Shown: positions 26,825 through 36,459 of the stretch, one piece after another
Layout of the letters: every line of letters begins with the position of its first letter
How positions within the stretch are numbered: the first letter of the stretch is position 1
Assembly: GCA_009845545.1 (NCBI GenBank)
Contig: VXZK01000303.1
Location: forward strand, 1-47,148
Reading direction: 5' to 3'
Source of the DNA: Candidatus Poribacteria bacterium
GTDB lineage: Bacteria > Poribacteria > WGA-4E > WGA-3G
DNA length: 47,148 nt
Notes under the pieces: generated by a model
What the model saw: only the letters and a program-made list of their open reading frames with translations
Database searches by the model: none
What the model was told of the DNA's origin: nothing
Position numbers and translations under genes: made by a program

Positions 26825-28339
26825 TTATGCCCCAGCAGTCCGCGGCATCCACAACGGTTCTTTTCCCATCTCGGCGAACAGCAGCTTCATAACCATTTCT
26901 GCCCTCAATTCGGCATGCTCAGCCGAATTCCACAGGTTATTGATCTCTCCAGGATCTGCTTTCAAATCGAACAACTCCCCATAGTCTCGGTTGTAGTAAA
27001 CTGTCAGTTTATAACGATCATCAACGTAGGTTTTAACGTGTACCGTCGTCGGTTCGTGACGGTTTTCGACGAGGATATGATCGCGTGCCTGTTCCGCTTG
27101 TCCCGACCAGACCGGCATCTGATCTACACCCGTCATCGGGCGCGGAATATCAATACCAGTGGCACTGAGAAACGTGGGTGCTAAATCTACCAGCGTCTGC
27201 AATGCCTCCGACTGTTTTCCCGCAGGCACAACACCCGGATACCGCACGATAAACGGGACCCGAATCACGTCCTCATAGTGGAACGCGCCTTTTGCGATCA
27301 AACCGTGCTGTCCGTAAAAATGTCCATGATCGGATGTGAACACGACCAATGTGTTGTCTGCAAGCCCGAGTTCATCCAGTTTCGCCAAGATTTTCCCGAT
27401 GTACTTATCCATCAACGTCACCATCCCGTAGTAGACTGCAATATCTTTGGCGAGTTCGTCCCGATCGTGTAGATGTGACCTGAAACCGTGGACACCCTTT
27501 CCGCTTTCACGCCAAGCGGAGAAATCGGGTTTTTGCTGTTGCGTGAGTTGGAAGTGCGGTGGGTTATTATCATGTTCGCCTTCAGTTACCGATGGGACTG
27601 TCAATTCTGCTGGATCATACATTGTATCCCACGGTTCCGGCACAAGATATTTCGGGTGCGGATCGAAAAAACTCGCCCAAAGAAAAAAGTTCTCGCCATT
27701 TTGTTGGTACGCCTCCATGAGTGCGTTTGTGCGTTCCGCAATCCATGTATCGTAATGGTATTCCTCTGGGATGGGCCACTTTCGATATTGCCCGCGGGCG
27801 TTCCCTGTAGGTGGCGCGAAATAATCTCGCCAATTCGTGCAGCCGTTCTCTTCCATCCAGATCGCATAATGCTGTCCGACGTGCGCTTCGTCGGCGTGAT
27901 TGCGTGCCAATTCAACGTGTTCAAAGCCATAAAACGGTTCGTCGAAACTCCGCCAGAAATCTAAATCTTGGAGAATCGGATAGGATTCCAGAGACGGGAA
28001 TTCCTCCGTGCCGTGGAGCGGTTGAAAATGCGCTTTTCCAACAAGGGCAGTACGATAATCTGCGTCCATGAAGTCTTCACCGACGGTATGCTCGGCTTCG
28101 GAGAGTTTTGTGCCGAGGGACCAAGCACCGTGTTGACTCGGGTACTTCCCAGTAATAATGGATGCGCGCGTCGGTGTGCAGGTTGGATTCGGACAATAGG
28201 CTCTGTTGAAAAGTGTCCCTTGCTGTGCCAATGTATCCAAATGAGGGGTCTGGATTTCGGGGTTGAGGCAACCCAAAGTGTTCCAATGCTGCTGATCGCT
28301 GGTGATAAGTAAGATATTAGGGCTGGTTTCGGTTCCCAT
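26825..28339 (-). CDS. Sulfatase (Cys-type, formylglycine-dependent)
   Basis: PNILLITSDQQHW..., CPNPTCTPTRASIITGKYPSQHG (C-x-P-x-R), VFTSDHGH. Confidence 0.9.
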   Translation of the reverse strand: MGTETSPNILLITSDQQHWNTLGCLNPEIQTPHLDTLAQQGTLFNRAYCPNPTCTPTRASIITGKYPSQHGAWSLGTKLSEAEHTVGEDFMDADYRTALVGKAHFQPLHGTEEFPSLESYPILQDLDFWRSFDEPFYGFEHVELARNHADEAHVGQHYAIWMEENGCTNWRDYFAPPTGNARGQYRKWPIPEEYHYDTWIAERTNALMEAYQQNGENFFLWASFFDPHPKYLVPEPWDTMYDPAELTVPSVTEGEHDNNPPHFQLTQQQKPDFSAWRESGKGVHGFRSHLHDRDELAKDIAVYYGMVTLMDKYIGKILAKLDELGLADNTLVVFTSDHGHFYGQHGLIAKGAFHYEDVIRVPFIVRYPGVVPAGKQSEALQTLVDLAPTFLSATGIDIPRPMTGVDQMPVWSGQAEQARDHILVENRHEPTTVHVKTYVDDRYKLTVYYNRDYGELFDLKADPGEINNLWNSAEHAELRAEMVMKLLFAEMGKEPLWMPRTAGA

Positions 28340-28415
28340 GCAGTTTTCCTTTGTATTGTATGTGTTGAGAAAAATCAGCATAGCATTTTACAAAGAATAA
28401 TGCAAGAAGAATCCT

Positions 28416-28436
28416 GTAGGAGGGGTTTGTAACCCC
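28416..28436 (+). repeat. GTAG-headed REP-like hairpin
   Basis: CCTGTAGGA-GGGGTT-TGT-AACCCC. Confidence 0.4.
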
Positions 28437-28522
28437 GATTTTGGAGCGAATTAAATTCGGTTGATATCCTTCACAAAACATGTTATCCTTTTAGACAGCA
28501 TCGTGATTGTAAAGGAAAGTGA

Positions 28523-29242
28523 ATGGGCAAAGAAAACCAAAACGAGCCAAGCACAGTTGATGAAATACTCTGGCAAATAGAAGAAAAGGCGGACGCCGAG
28601 GAGTACATCTACCGCGGAGAATCAAAACACTTTGAGACAGTTTCCTCAAATCTCTATCGCGTTTTCCTTGAACGCGAAGACTTTGATGTTACAGCGGAAC
28701 AATTTGATATAGAGGTAGTCCAAAAAGGGATGCTGGAGGATGCGAAAAAGTATCTTCGTAGAACAAGCACGGATTGTGAACTCCTCGTCAAAATGCAACA
28801 CTACGGAGGGAAAACCAACCTCATTGATTTCACAACAAATTGCTTCGTCGCGCTTTTCTTTGCATGTGAACAATTCGCTAGTGAAGATGGCAGGATTATT
28901 TGTCAAAGAAAGGAGCAGCTAAGTCCGTTCACCAAGGAGCCGCCCGAACCAATAAACCGGGTCGTTGCTCAAAGTAGTGTGTTTGTTCGACCGCCTGAGG
29001 GCTTTATTAATCCTGATAATAACGATATAATCAATATTCCTTCAGGGATTAAACTATCTATGCTTGAGTACCTGCAAGAGATTCATGATATATCGGTTGA
29101 AACCATCTATAACGACATCCATGGTTTCATTAGGTATCAAGATATCCATTTAGAGACTTACGTAGATTCTTATATTGGGTCGACCGAAGAACAAAAAGGA
29201 GATTCAGAAAATGGCGAGCCAAAAGAAATTAGCACACTATGA
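28523..29242 (+). CDS. FRG-domain protein
   Basis: YRGESKHFETVSSNLYR...MQHYGGKTNLIDFTTNCFVALFFAC matches the FRG-domain core (FRG...QHyG.pT.llDwT....vAlyFA) as I recall it. Confidence 0.6.
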   Translation: MGKENQNEPSTVDEILWQIEEKADAEEYIYRGESKHFETVSSNLYRVFLEREDFDVTAEQFDIEVVQKGMLEDAKKYLRRTSTDCELLVKMQHYGGKTNLIDFTTNCFVALFFACEQFASEDGRIICQRKEQLSPFTKEPPEPINRVVAQSSVFVRPPEGFINPDNNDIINIPSGIKLSMLEYLQEIHDISVETIYNDIHGFIRYQDIHLETYVDSYIGSTEEQKGDSENGEPKEISTL

Positions 29243-30284
29243 AAAAGCTATAAAATACCTTAGCAGAGCCGTTGAACGAAGCCCCGGTTTTGTCCAAGCC
29301 TACATTCGCCGCGGCGATGTTTACCGTAAGATGGGTAAGTTTGATCTGGCGATTGCAGATTATAACCAAGCGATGAGACTCACCGGATATCCTGCTGAAG
29401 CGTATTACAATCGCGGGATCACCTATGGCATGAAAGGTGAGATTGACAAAGCAATTGATGACTTCACCCAAGCGATACAATACCAACCTGACTGTGTGGA
29501 AGCATATTATTGTCGCGGCAACGCTTACAGCGGCAAATACGAGTTTGACCGCGCTATAAAAGACTGTGACAAGGCGATCCAACTCAACCCTGAAGCTGCC
29601 AATGCCTATCTCATTCGCGGCAACATCTACGCTAACAAAGGCGAGTTTGATTGCGCCATTACGGACTTTACCAAAGCGATAGAATTGCAGCCTGATGCTG
29701 TTGATGTCTATGTTATCCGTGCTAAAGCCTACAAAGCCAAAGGGAACATTGACACAGCTATTGCGAACTATAGCAGGGCAATAGAATTAGATTCCGACTA
29801 CGCCGAAGCATATCACGAGCGTGGTAACGCTTATGTCCTCAAAGGCGATTTTGATCATGTTCTTGAGGACTATACAAAAGTATTAGAATTAGAACCCGAC
29901 TTTGGACCAGTCTATTACAATCGGGCTCTCGCTTGGTTACAAAAGCACGAATGGGATAAAGCTAGAGCAGATCTCGTCTCCGCTCGAAATTGCGGGATCA
30001 ATTCATTTCGTAATGAGCCACAAAACGTGGTAAATTTTGAAAAGTCAATTGGCGTTAAATTACCTAAAGACATAGCTACAATGTTAACGCAACGCGCTGG
30101 CCAAACGCAAACTCCGCCCAAGGTGAAAAATCAACCATTTGAAGACCACGCTGCAATGTCGGCACAGCAAGAGGTACTCCCAACTTCACCGATGTGGATA
30201 AACCAATTCCAGGGTCAAAGGGAGCAGGACGCACTTCAATTTGGGGTACGCGTTGCTTTATTCACTGTCATTTCTCCTGAGTGA
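29211..30284 (+). CDS. TPR repeat protein
   Basis: ATG at 29211 follows AAGGAG and overlaps the FRG gene by 32 nt. About 8 canonical TPRs (AYxxRGxxYxxxGxxDxAIxDYxxAIxLxP). Confidence 0.85.
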   Translation: MASQKKLAHYEKAIKYLSRAVERSPGFVQAYIRRGDVYRKMGKFDLAIADYNQAMRLTGYPAEAYYNRGITYGMKGEIDKAIDDFTQAIQYQPDCVEAYYCRGNAYSGKYEFDRAIKDCDKAIQLNPEAANAYLIRGNIYANKGEFDCAITDFTKAIELQPDAVDVYVIRAKAYKAKGNIDTAIANYSRAIELDSDYAEAYHERGNAYVLKGDFDHVLEDYTKVLELEPDFGPVYYNRALAWLQKHEWDKARADLVSARNCGINSFRNEPQNVVNFEKSIGVKLPKDIATMLTQRAGQTQTPPKVKNQPFEDHAAMSAQQEVLPTSPMWINQFQGQREQDALQFGVRVALFTVISPE

Positions 30285-30294
30285 AACAGATACC

Positions 30295-31707
30295 ATGCCC
30301 GCAAAACAACACCCCAATCTTCTCATCATCATGTCCGATGAACACGCACCGATGTATAGCGGTCCGTACAGACACCCGCTTGTCCAAACGCCACACATGG
30401 ACAGACTCGCTGAAGACGGTGTCACCTTCACAAACGCTTACTGCAATTCACCGCTCTGTATGCCATCTCGGATGTCGTTTATGACAGGTCAGTATATCCA
30501 CAAAATCGGCGCGTGGGACAACGCCGCACCGCTGCGTCCAGATGCTGTCACATGGGCACACCTCTTACGCTCGGTAGGTTATGACGTTGTGCTCTCAGGA
30601 AAACAGCATTTCGGCGGCATGGATCAGCTCCACGGATTTCGCGCACAACTCGCCCGCGATCTGCACGCAGAACGACAGCACGCACTTATAGACTGGGATA
30701 ACGGTACACCACCAGCAAACCGTCCATGGCAAGGACTCTCGCAAGCACGTCCCGGAACAACCGTAGAGATTGAAGTCGATGACCTCGCGGAAACAGAGGC
30801 TCTAAAATATCTCCGAGAGCCTGCTCGGAAGAAGCAACCGTGGGCACTCAACGTCTCGTTTATCGCACCGCATTTCCCGCTCATCGTACCGCAACGGTTT
30901 TGGGACCTCTACCCGCTTGACGAGATTGATCTCCCCAACATTCCAGAGGGACACCTCGAAAACCAGCCCCCTGTCTATCAACGGATGCGACGCATGTTCG
31001 GATGTGTTGATTTTCCCGAAGAACTCGTCCGTCGTGGACGCGCAGGCTATTATGGATTGATTACCTATCTCGACGAAAAAATTGGCAACTTGCTCAGAGC
31101 ACTTGAGGAGACCGGGCAGTCGGAAAATACTATTGTCATCTATACCAGCGACCACGGTGAAATGAATGGTGAGCACGGCATGTGGCGGAAATCAAACTTC
31201 TATGAAGCATCTGCGCGTGTTCCCCTACAAATTATGTTCCCTGATGAGGTGTCTGCCGGTAGACAAATTGATAAAGTCGTTTCGCTTGTAGATTTAACGG
31301 CAACGCTTGTTGATATTGCCGGCGCGCAGCCTATGCATCAACTTGATGGCGATAGTCTCTTGCCTTTGATGCAGCGCACCAGAACGGACTGGAAAGATTT
31401 CGCATTCTCCGAATACCTCGCGCACGGTGTCGAACGACCAATGGCGATGCTACGGAAGGGGGACTATAAATTCAACTATAGCCTCGGCGCCCCCCCAGAA
31501 CTTTACGACATCGCCGAGGATCCAGACGAATTCCGGAATCTCGTCAATGACGAGGCACATCAGGCGGTTTGCCAAGAACTTGAGGCACAACTATTAGCAG
31601 AGTGGGATCCAGTTGAAATCGAAAAGCAAGTTCGGGCAAGTCAAAAAGCCCGCATTCTGATAGATCAGGTCACTGATGGACAGTGGAGAAAGCCTCCTAA
31701 TCCGTAG
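30295..31707 (+). CDS. Sulfatase, choline-sulfatase-like (Cys-type)
   Basis: PNLLIIMSDEH...YCNSPLCMPSRMSFMTGQYIHKIGAWDNA closely resembles the BetC-type motif. IYTSDHGEMNGEHGMW. Confidence 0.85.
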   Translation: MPAKQHPNLLIIMSDEHAPMYSGPYRHPLVQTPHMDRLAEDGVTFTNAYCNSPLCMPSRMSFMTGQYIHKIGAWDNAAPLRPDAVTWAHLLRSVGYDVVLSGKQHFGGMDQLHGFRAQLARDLHAERQHALIDWDNGTPPANRPWQGLSQARPGTTVEIEVDDLAETEALKYLREPARKKQPWALNVSFIAPHFPLIVPQRFWDLYPLDEIDLPNIPEGHLENQPPVYQRMRRMFGCVDFPEELVRRGRAGYYGLITYLDEKIGNLLRALEETGQSENTIVIYTSDHGEMNGEHGMWRKSNFYEASARVPLQIMFPDEVSAGRQIDKVVSLVDLTATLVDIAGAQPMHQLDGDSLLPLMQRTRTDWKDFAFSEYLAHGVERPMAMLRKGDYKFNYSLGAPPELYDIAEDPDEFRNLVNDEAHQAVCQELEAQLLAEWDPVEIEKQVRASQKARILIDQVTDGQWRKPPNP

Positions 31708-31809
31708 CCGCCCACTTCCGATTGCCGAGTTTTACCTTGAAGGACCTACCGGAGTATGCTATGCTATAGACATCATAAATCGCAATAATTCTTGCATCGG
31801 AGTGTTTTG

Positions 31810-33231
31810 ATGTCTCGTTCAACGAATAAGCGACCGAATCTCGTCTATGTTTTCGCCGATCAGCTCCGTTACCAGTCGTGTGGGTACGCTGGAGATAGCC
31901 GCGCACGGACACCTAATATTGACCAACTTGCGACAGAGGGTGCCGATTTCTGCAACGCTGTCTCTGGCAGCCCGATGTGCTCGCCCTATCGCGCCTCACT
32001 TTTCACCGGCAAATACGCCAGTAGCACCGGCATGGCGATTAATGAGCTCCGTATGAACCCAAACCATGACTGCTTCGGGCATGTCTTGCATCGCAACGGC
32101 TACCAGACGAGTTACATCGGAAAATGGCATCTGTGGGCAAATCAATTAGGGAGACACAACGACCCTAATAATTCCTACATTCCACCCGGACAGCATCGAC
32201 TCGGTTTCGATGGCGAGTGGTCAGCATACAATTTTCATCATCTCTATTTTGACGCATATTATCACAAAGACTCGCCTGAAAAGATCGTACTGCCCGGATA
32301 TGAACCGGATGGACAGACAGATATGGCGATTGATTACCTGCAAAGGGTATCAATAACGGATGACCCGTTCGCGCTTTTCCTCTCAATCGGGACACCGCAC
32401 GATCCATGGACACAAGACAACGTTCCAGCCGCTGATTATGAGATGTTCCGAGACGTTGAATTCCCGCTGCCACCCAACTATCGTGATGAGAATGACCCTT
32501 ACGGTGATACGTGGGCAATTATGTCCCCTAAACAAAGGACCCAAATCCCTGAATGGATGCGCGTCTACTACGCAATGACTACCAATCTGGATCGGAATAT
32601 CGGGCGGCTGCTTCGTGCCATTGATGACCTTGGATTACGCGATGATACAATCTTTGTCTTTACATCTGATCACGGTGAAATGTTTGGAGCACAGGGTCGC
32701 CGCGCAAAAAATATCTTTTATGAAGAGGCTGTCCGCGTGCCTTTTCTCGTCCGATGGCAAAAGCAAATCCCAGAGCAACACGTCTCAGACGCTTGCCTCA
32801 ACACACCGGACATCATGCCGACGTTGCTATCCATGCTGGATCTGCCAATCCCAGAAGATGTTGAAGGCACGGATCTAAGCAACGCTGCTTTTAATCAACC
32901 CACTGATGAACCCGATGCAGCGTTCATGCAAGGCATGGGGTGTACCGCAAAATGGGAAGACGGTTACGAGTGGCGAGCACTTCGCACAAAACAGCATACC
33001 TACGCCGTCCACCGTCCAGATCGCAGTGAGAAACTTTTCGATAATATCGCCGATCCGTTCCAAACCCGTAATCTGATTGATAACCCTAAATCGACCGAAC
33101 TCCGAGAGCAGTTCCGGGCAATGTTGCAGCAACGCATGGATGCACTTAACGACACCTTTGAGGCGTGTACATGGTATCGCGATAATTGGACCGAAGATCG
33201 GATCATCTTGCGTACTGCGACATTAAGCTGA
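31810..33231 (+). CDS. Sulfatase (Cys-type)
   Basis: PNLVYVFADQLRYQS..., SGSPMCSPYRASLFTGKY (C-x-P-x-R), VFTSDHGEMFG. Confidence 0.9.
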   Translation: MSRSTNKRPNLVYVFADQLRYQSCGYAGDSRARTPNIDQLATEGADFCNAVSGSPMCSPYRASLFTGKYASSTGMAINELRMNPNHDCFGHVLHRNGYQTSYIGKWHLWANQLGRHNDPNNSYIPPGQHRLGFDGEWSAYNFHHLYFDAYYHKDSPEKIVLPGYEPDGQTDMAIDYLQRVSITDDPFALFLSIGTPHDPWTQDNVPAADYEMFRDVEFPLPPNYRDENDPYGDTWAIMSPKQRTQIPEWMRVYYAMTTNLDRNIGRLLRAIDDLGLRDDTIFVFTSDHGEMFGAQGRRAKNIFYEEAVRVPFLVRWQKQIPEQHVSDACLNTPDIMPTLLSMLDLPIPEDVEGTDLSNAAFNQPTDEPDAAFMQGMGCTAKWEDGYEWRALRTKQHTYAVHRPDRSEKLFDNIADPFQTRNLIDNPKSTELREQFRAMLQQRMDALNDTFEACTWYRDNWTEDRIILRTATLS

Positions 33232-33324
33232 TTGTATAACGTGATGAGTGTTAAGGGAATAACTGTGGTATTTTATAGTAAAGCACGAAAATAAGTTGAC
33301 ACTCCACGATAACGTTATCCACTC

Positions 33325-33351
33325 GTAGGGGCTGGGTAACCCAGCCCCTAC
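33325..33351. repeat. GTAG-headed 27-nt near-perfect palindrome (REP-like)
   Basis: GTAGGGGCTGGGT-A-ACCCAGCCCCTAC. Confidence 0.6.
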
Positions 33352-33410
33352 GGTCAACCGCGCGTCTAAATAATTATGGGCTTTACTACAACAAGAAAAG
33401 AGGTGCAGTT

Positions 33411-34520
33411 ATGGATAAAAAATACCGTATTCAGAACGTTGAGACGATACCGAGCCCATCGCTTGTCGTCTATCTCGCGCAGGTTCAGCAGAACATTGAA
33501 CATGCAATTGCTACTGTTGGTGGAGATGTTTCAAAGCTCAGACCACATGCCAAAACGCATAAAACCGCGGAGATTATCGCAATGGAGCGGGATGCCGGTA
33601 TCCTTAAGCATAAATGTGCCACATTACGAGAAGCAGAAATGCTGGCACAGAACGGCATAGAGGATATTCTAATCGCCTATCAGATGGTAGGACCAAACGT
33701 CAACCGTTTTGTATCGCTACAGCGGCAATATCCCGATGCAGATTTCAAAGTCATCGTTGACCATACAGAGGCAGTGTCGGCACTCTCGGCGGAAGTGGCG
33801 AAGTTTGGCTTAACAGTCAAAGTCATGTTAGATGTAGACGTAGGGATGAACCGCACAGGGATACCGGTCGGTGATGCTGCTGTAGATGTCTACGCACAGA
33901 TTGAAGCAGCAGAAGGGTTGCAACCGTCCGGATTACACGTCTACGATGGGCACATCCACGATGAAAATGTCGCAGAGCGGAAAGCAGCCTGCAACAAAAG
34001 TCTCGCACAGGTCGCAGAGATGCAAGATAAACTTGCAGCCAAAGGACTGGACGTGCCATTAATTGTAATGGGCGGCACACCGACATTTCCAATGTATGCC
34101 GAGACACCGGGTGTAGAAGCATCACCGGGGACTTTCGTTTTCCACGACTATGGCTATACAACCCACTTTCCCGACCTCGGTTTTACGCCTGCAGCACTGC
34201 TCCTGAGCCGTGTGATTAGTATTCCGACACCCCATAGAATTACCCTTGATTTGGGGCATAAAGCCATCGCCGCAGATCCCGATGGCGTGCGCGGGATCAT
34301 TTTGAATGTTGAGAACGCTGAGGTAGACAAGCAGCACGAGGAGCATTGGGCAATCAACGTTCCTGACAGCACACCAATGCACATTGGGCAAGAAATTTAC
34401 GTCTGTCCGACGCATATCTGTCCGTGTGTCGCGTTGCATCCATTTTACTACGTCATAGATACCGATGGGTATTGTCGGGGCACATGGGAAGTTACAGCAC
34501 GCAATCGGACTGCCGCGTGA
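33411..34520 (+). CDS. D-TA family PLP-dependent enzyme (D-threonine aldolase/D-serine dehydratase-like, alanine-racemase-N fold)
   Basis: IPSPSLVVYLAQVQQNIEHAI...LRPHAKTHKTAEI... (PLP lysine context). C-terminal ...HEEHW...CPTHICPCVALH resembles the D-serine dehydratase-like metal site. Confidence 0.7.
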   Translation: MDKKYRIQNVETIPSPSLVVYLAQVQQNIEHAIATVGGDVSKLRPHAKTHKTAEIIAMERDAGILKHKCATLREAEMLAQNGIEDILIAYQMVGPNVNRFVSLQRQYPDADFKVIVDHTEAVSALSAEVAKFGLTVKVMLDVDVGMNRTGIPVGDAAVDVYAQIEAAEGLQPSGLHVYDGHIHDENVAERKAACNKSLAQVAEMQDKLAAKGLDVPLIVMGGTPTFPMYAETPGVEASPGTFVFHDYGYTTHFPDLGFTPAALLLSRVISIPTPHRITLDLGHKAIAADPDGVRGIILNVENAEVDKQHEEHWAINVPDSTPMHIGQEIYVCPTHICPCVALHPFYYVIDTDGYCRGTWEVTARNRTAA

Positions 34521-34735
34521 ATTTTTTAATTTATGGCCCTGGTCCGCTGTGTCCGTTTGTTTCACTGTGAGAATGCGGGTTTTCGGTTAAATCTCAACCC
34601 CTTATAGCATAAACTGTTAGTTTGGGAAAGTCGAATAAAACCCAAGCCTGCAACAACGGCGCAGGCGACTCGAATGCGAAAACTGCTACATTTTCAAGTA
34701 CCGATACTTATCCGCAAGGTATAATTAAAAAATGT

Positions 34736-35766
34736 TCAGGGCCACGGGAAGAACGGTGCTGGGACATTTGCCGCCCAACTGATGAGCGACCACACAACCG
34801 CCATGCTGAATTCCCCGAAGACCATGCCTAAAAAGAAAGGGCGAAACCGCTGATACTGACGAATCCCACTGTAACGGAGAAGCGGTGTTTTAATGCCCCA
34901 CGCGATTAAGACGGGAAACCAGAATACAATCAGTGTCCACGAAGCCGATAACGCATAGCCAAGTGGGTGCAGGGGCCACCACCAATATAACATTCTCAAG
35001 ATGACCAAGCCAGTCGTCACAAATATGCCTACCCCGAAAAAGAGTCCGCCGGTTGTGCGGAGGTCCGCGCCTAACCCTTCTATCGCCGCAACGTTGTCCT
35101 GAAGTGCCCAAAGCGGATTCCCGCGATACGTGTAGCTATACATATAGTTTGCACCGTGAGTATAGGGAAGCCATAGATGGAGGGCTGCTGCGGTGATGAA
35201 CGCTAACGTCCAACCTAATACGAACACCCCTACCAACGACCGATAAGACATTCCGACCCGATCCCGGATTTTTAAGCCGTCAAGGAAACCTGTCAGGATT
35301 AACCCGCGCTGATCGCGAGTGAAAATCGCATCGAGGAACGACAGCACAGTTAGACTCTGCGCGCCCAATGAGGCTTTGCTCGCAACGAGTTGATACAAAT
35401 CTAAGGGGCGAAACGATGTTTCTGTCATTAGCAACCCACCTTCCGCCGTACTACGTGCCATCACAACCGCAACAAGGCAGATATAAACCAGTATCTCAAA
35501 TGCCGCAAACCCTAAAGTCAGTCCAGCTGCATAGCACCACAGAAAGAAGAACCACAGACTGAAAAGTAGTTGCGTGGGAAGGAAATAAAAAAGCCTATCG
35601 CCGCGAAAGAGAGAAAAATCGGTGTGTAGACCATAGCGTTGAACGGGCGTTCTGTAAAGTATTGATTGAGTACGTGCCTCAGCGGGAGATTCGGAATTTG
35701 GGGCCAGATTTCATGGAGTCCGTTTAACGTAAAGATCAAGGCAGGCAGCGCAAACCCTAACCACAT
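34736..35766 (-). pseudogene. Polytopic membrane protein interrupted by a frameshift (possibly also 5'-truncated)
   Basis: Fragments 35518-35766 and 34736-35464 are in different frames. One extra T in the T6 run (plus-strand A6 at 35587-35592) would give a continuous ...AAIGFFYFLPTQLLFSLWFFFLWCYAAGL...VVMARST... reading. Confidence 0.5.
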
Positions 35767-35914
35767 GAGTCGGTTCCTCGGTTCCGAAGAAAACCGCGGC
35801 CCTCGTGGACGAACTCAAGCGGGAGCGAAACTAATGGAAACGAGATCTTCTCATTTTCAAGCCACTGTTTACGCAAAATTGATGCCAGACAGAGAAAGGC
35901 GCGGGATAGTTACG

Positions 35915-36044
35915 CAGAGCTATTCAGTTCTCCGTTTTTTAGTCCAATTTTGGAACCTCAGACCCAGTAGGTGCGGTTTCCTAACCGCACCGGATCCGAA
36001 AAAAGACGAGAAACTCTATAATTTCCTAAAACTGAATAACTCTG
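35915..36044 (+). mobile_element. MITE-like element, copy B (130 bp)
   Basis: TIRs CAGAGCTATTCAGTT (35915-35929) and AACTGAATAACTCTG (36030-36044) match 14/15 as reverse complement. Core GTAG hairpin at 35967-35991. About 70-80% identity to copy A by hand alignment. No clean TSD. Confidence 0.65.
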
Positions 36045-36149
36045 GGGGCTTACATCACAAGACGCTGCGATATTCATATACCGAAAAGAGACCAAAGGGC
36101 ATTGATAACTTTTTGTAACCAGTCTTCAATTACATACGTTATTCATAGT

Positions 36150-36458
36150 ATGAATAACTCTGCTTACCTATGGACTGAAGCAATGCCGAACGAATCGCTC
36201 CAATCCTTTGCTGAGATTAACCCACTTGTTGGATTGCCTCCAAGGACGTTGCGTTTGTACAATGCTTTGGAGGTCTTTAAAAAAAGATATCGTTCTTCCG
36301 ACAATCCCGAGTGGTTTCGCATGCCACGCCGTGACCCGCTTCTTCAAAAAATCGGATTTTCTAAGGCAGATATTGAAAACGGGCTTCAAGAATTGGTCCA
36401 GGCGAATCTGTTGCAAATCCACGAGGGACAAGATACAAAATGGTATTGTCTAAAATAG
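36150..36458 (+). CDS. Hypothetical small protein
   Basis: ORF ending 1 nt before the maf start. Its C-terminal part (ADIENGLQELVQANLLQIHEG) looks winged-helix-like. Start uncertain. Confidence 0.35.
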   Translation: MNNSAYLWTEAMPNESLQSFAEINPLVGLPPRTLRLYNALEVFKKRYRSSDNPEWFRMPRRDPLLQKIGFSKADIENGLQELVQANLLQIHEGQDTKWYCLK

Positions 36459-36459
36459 C

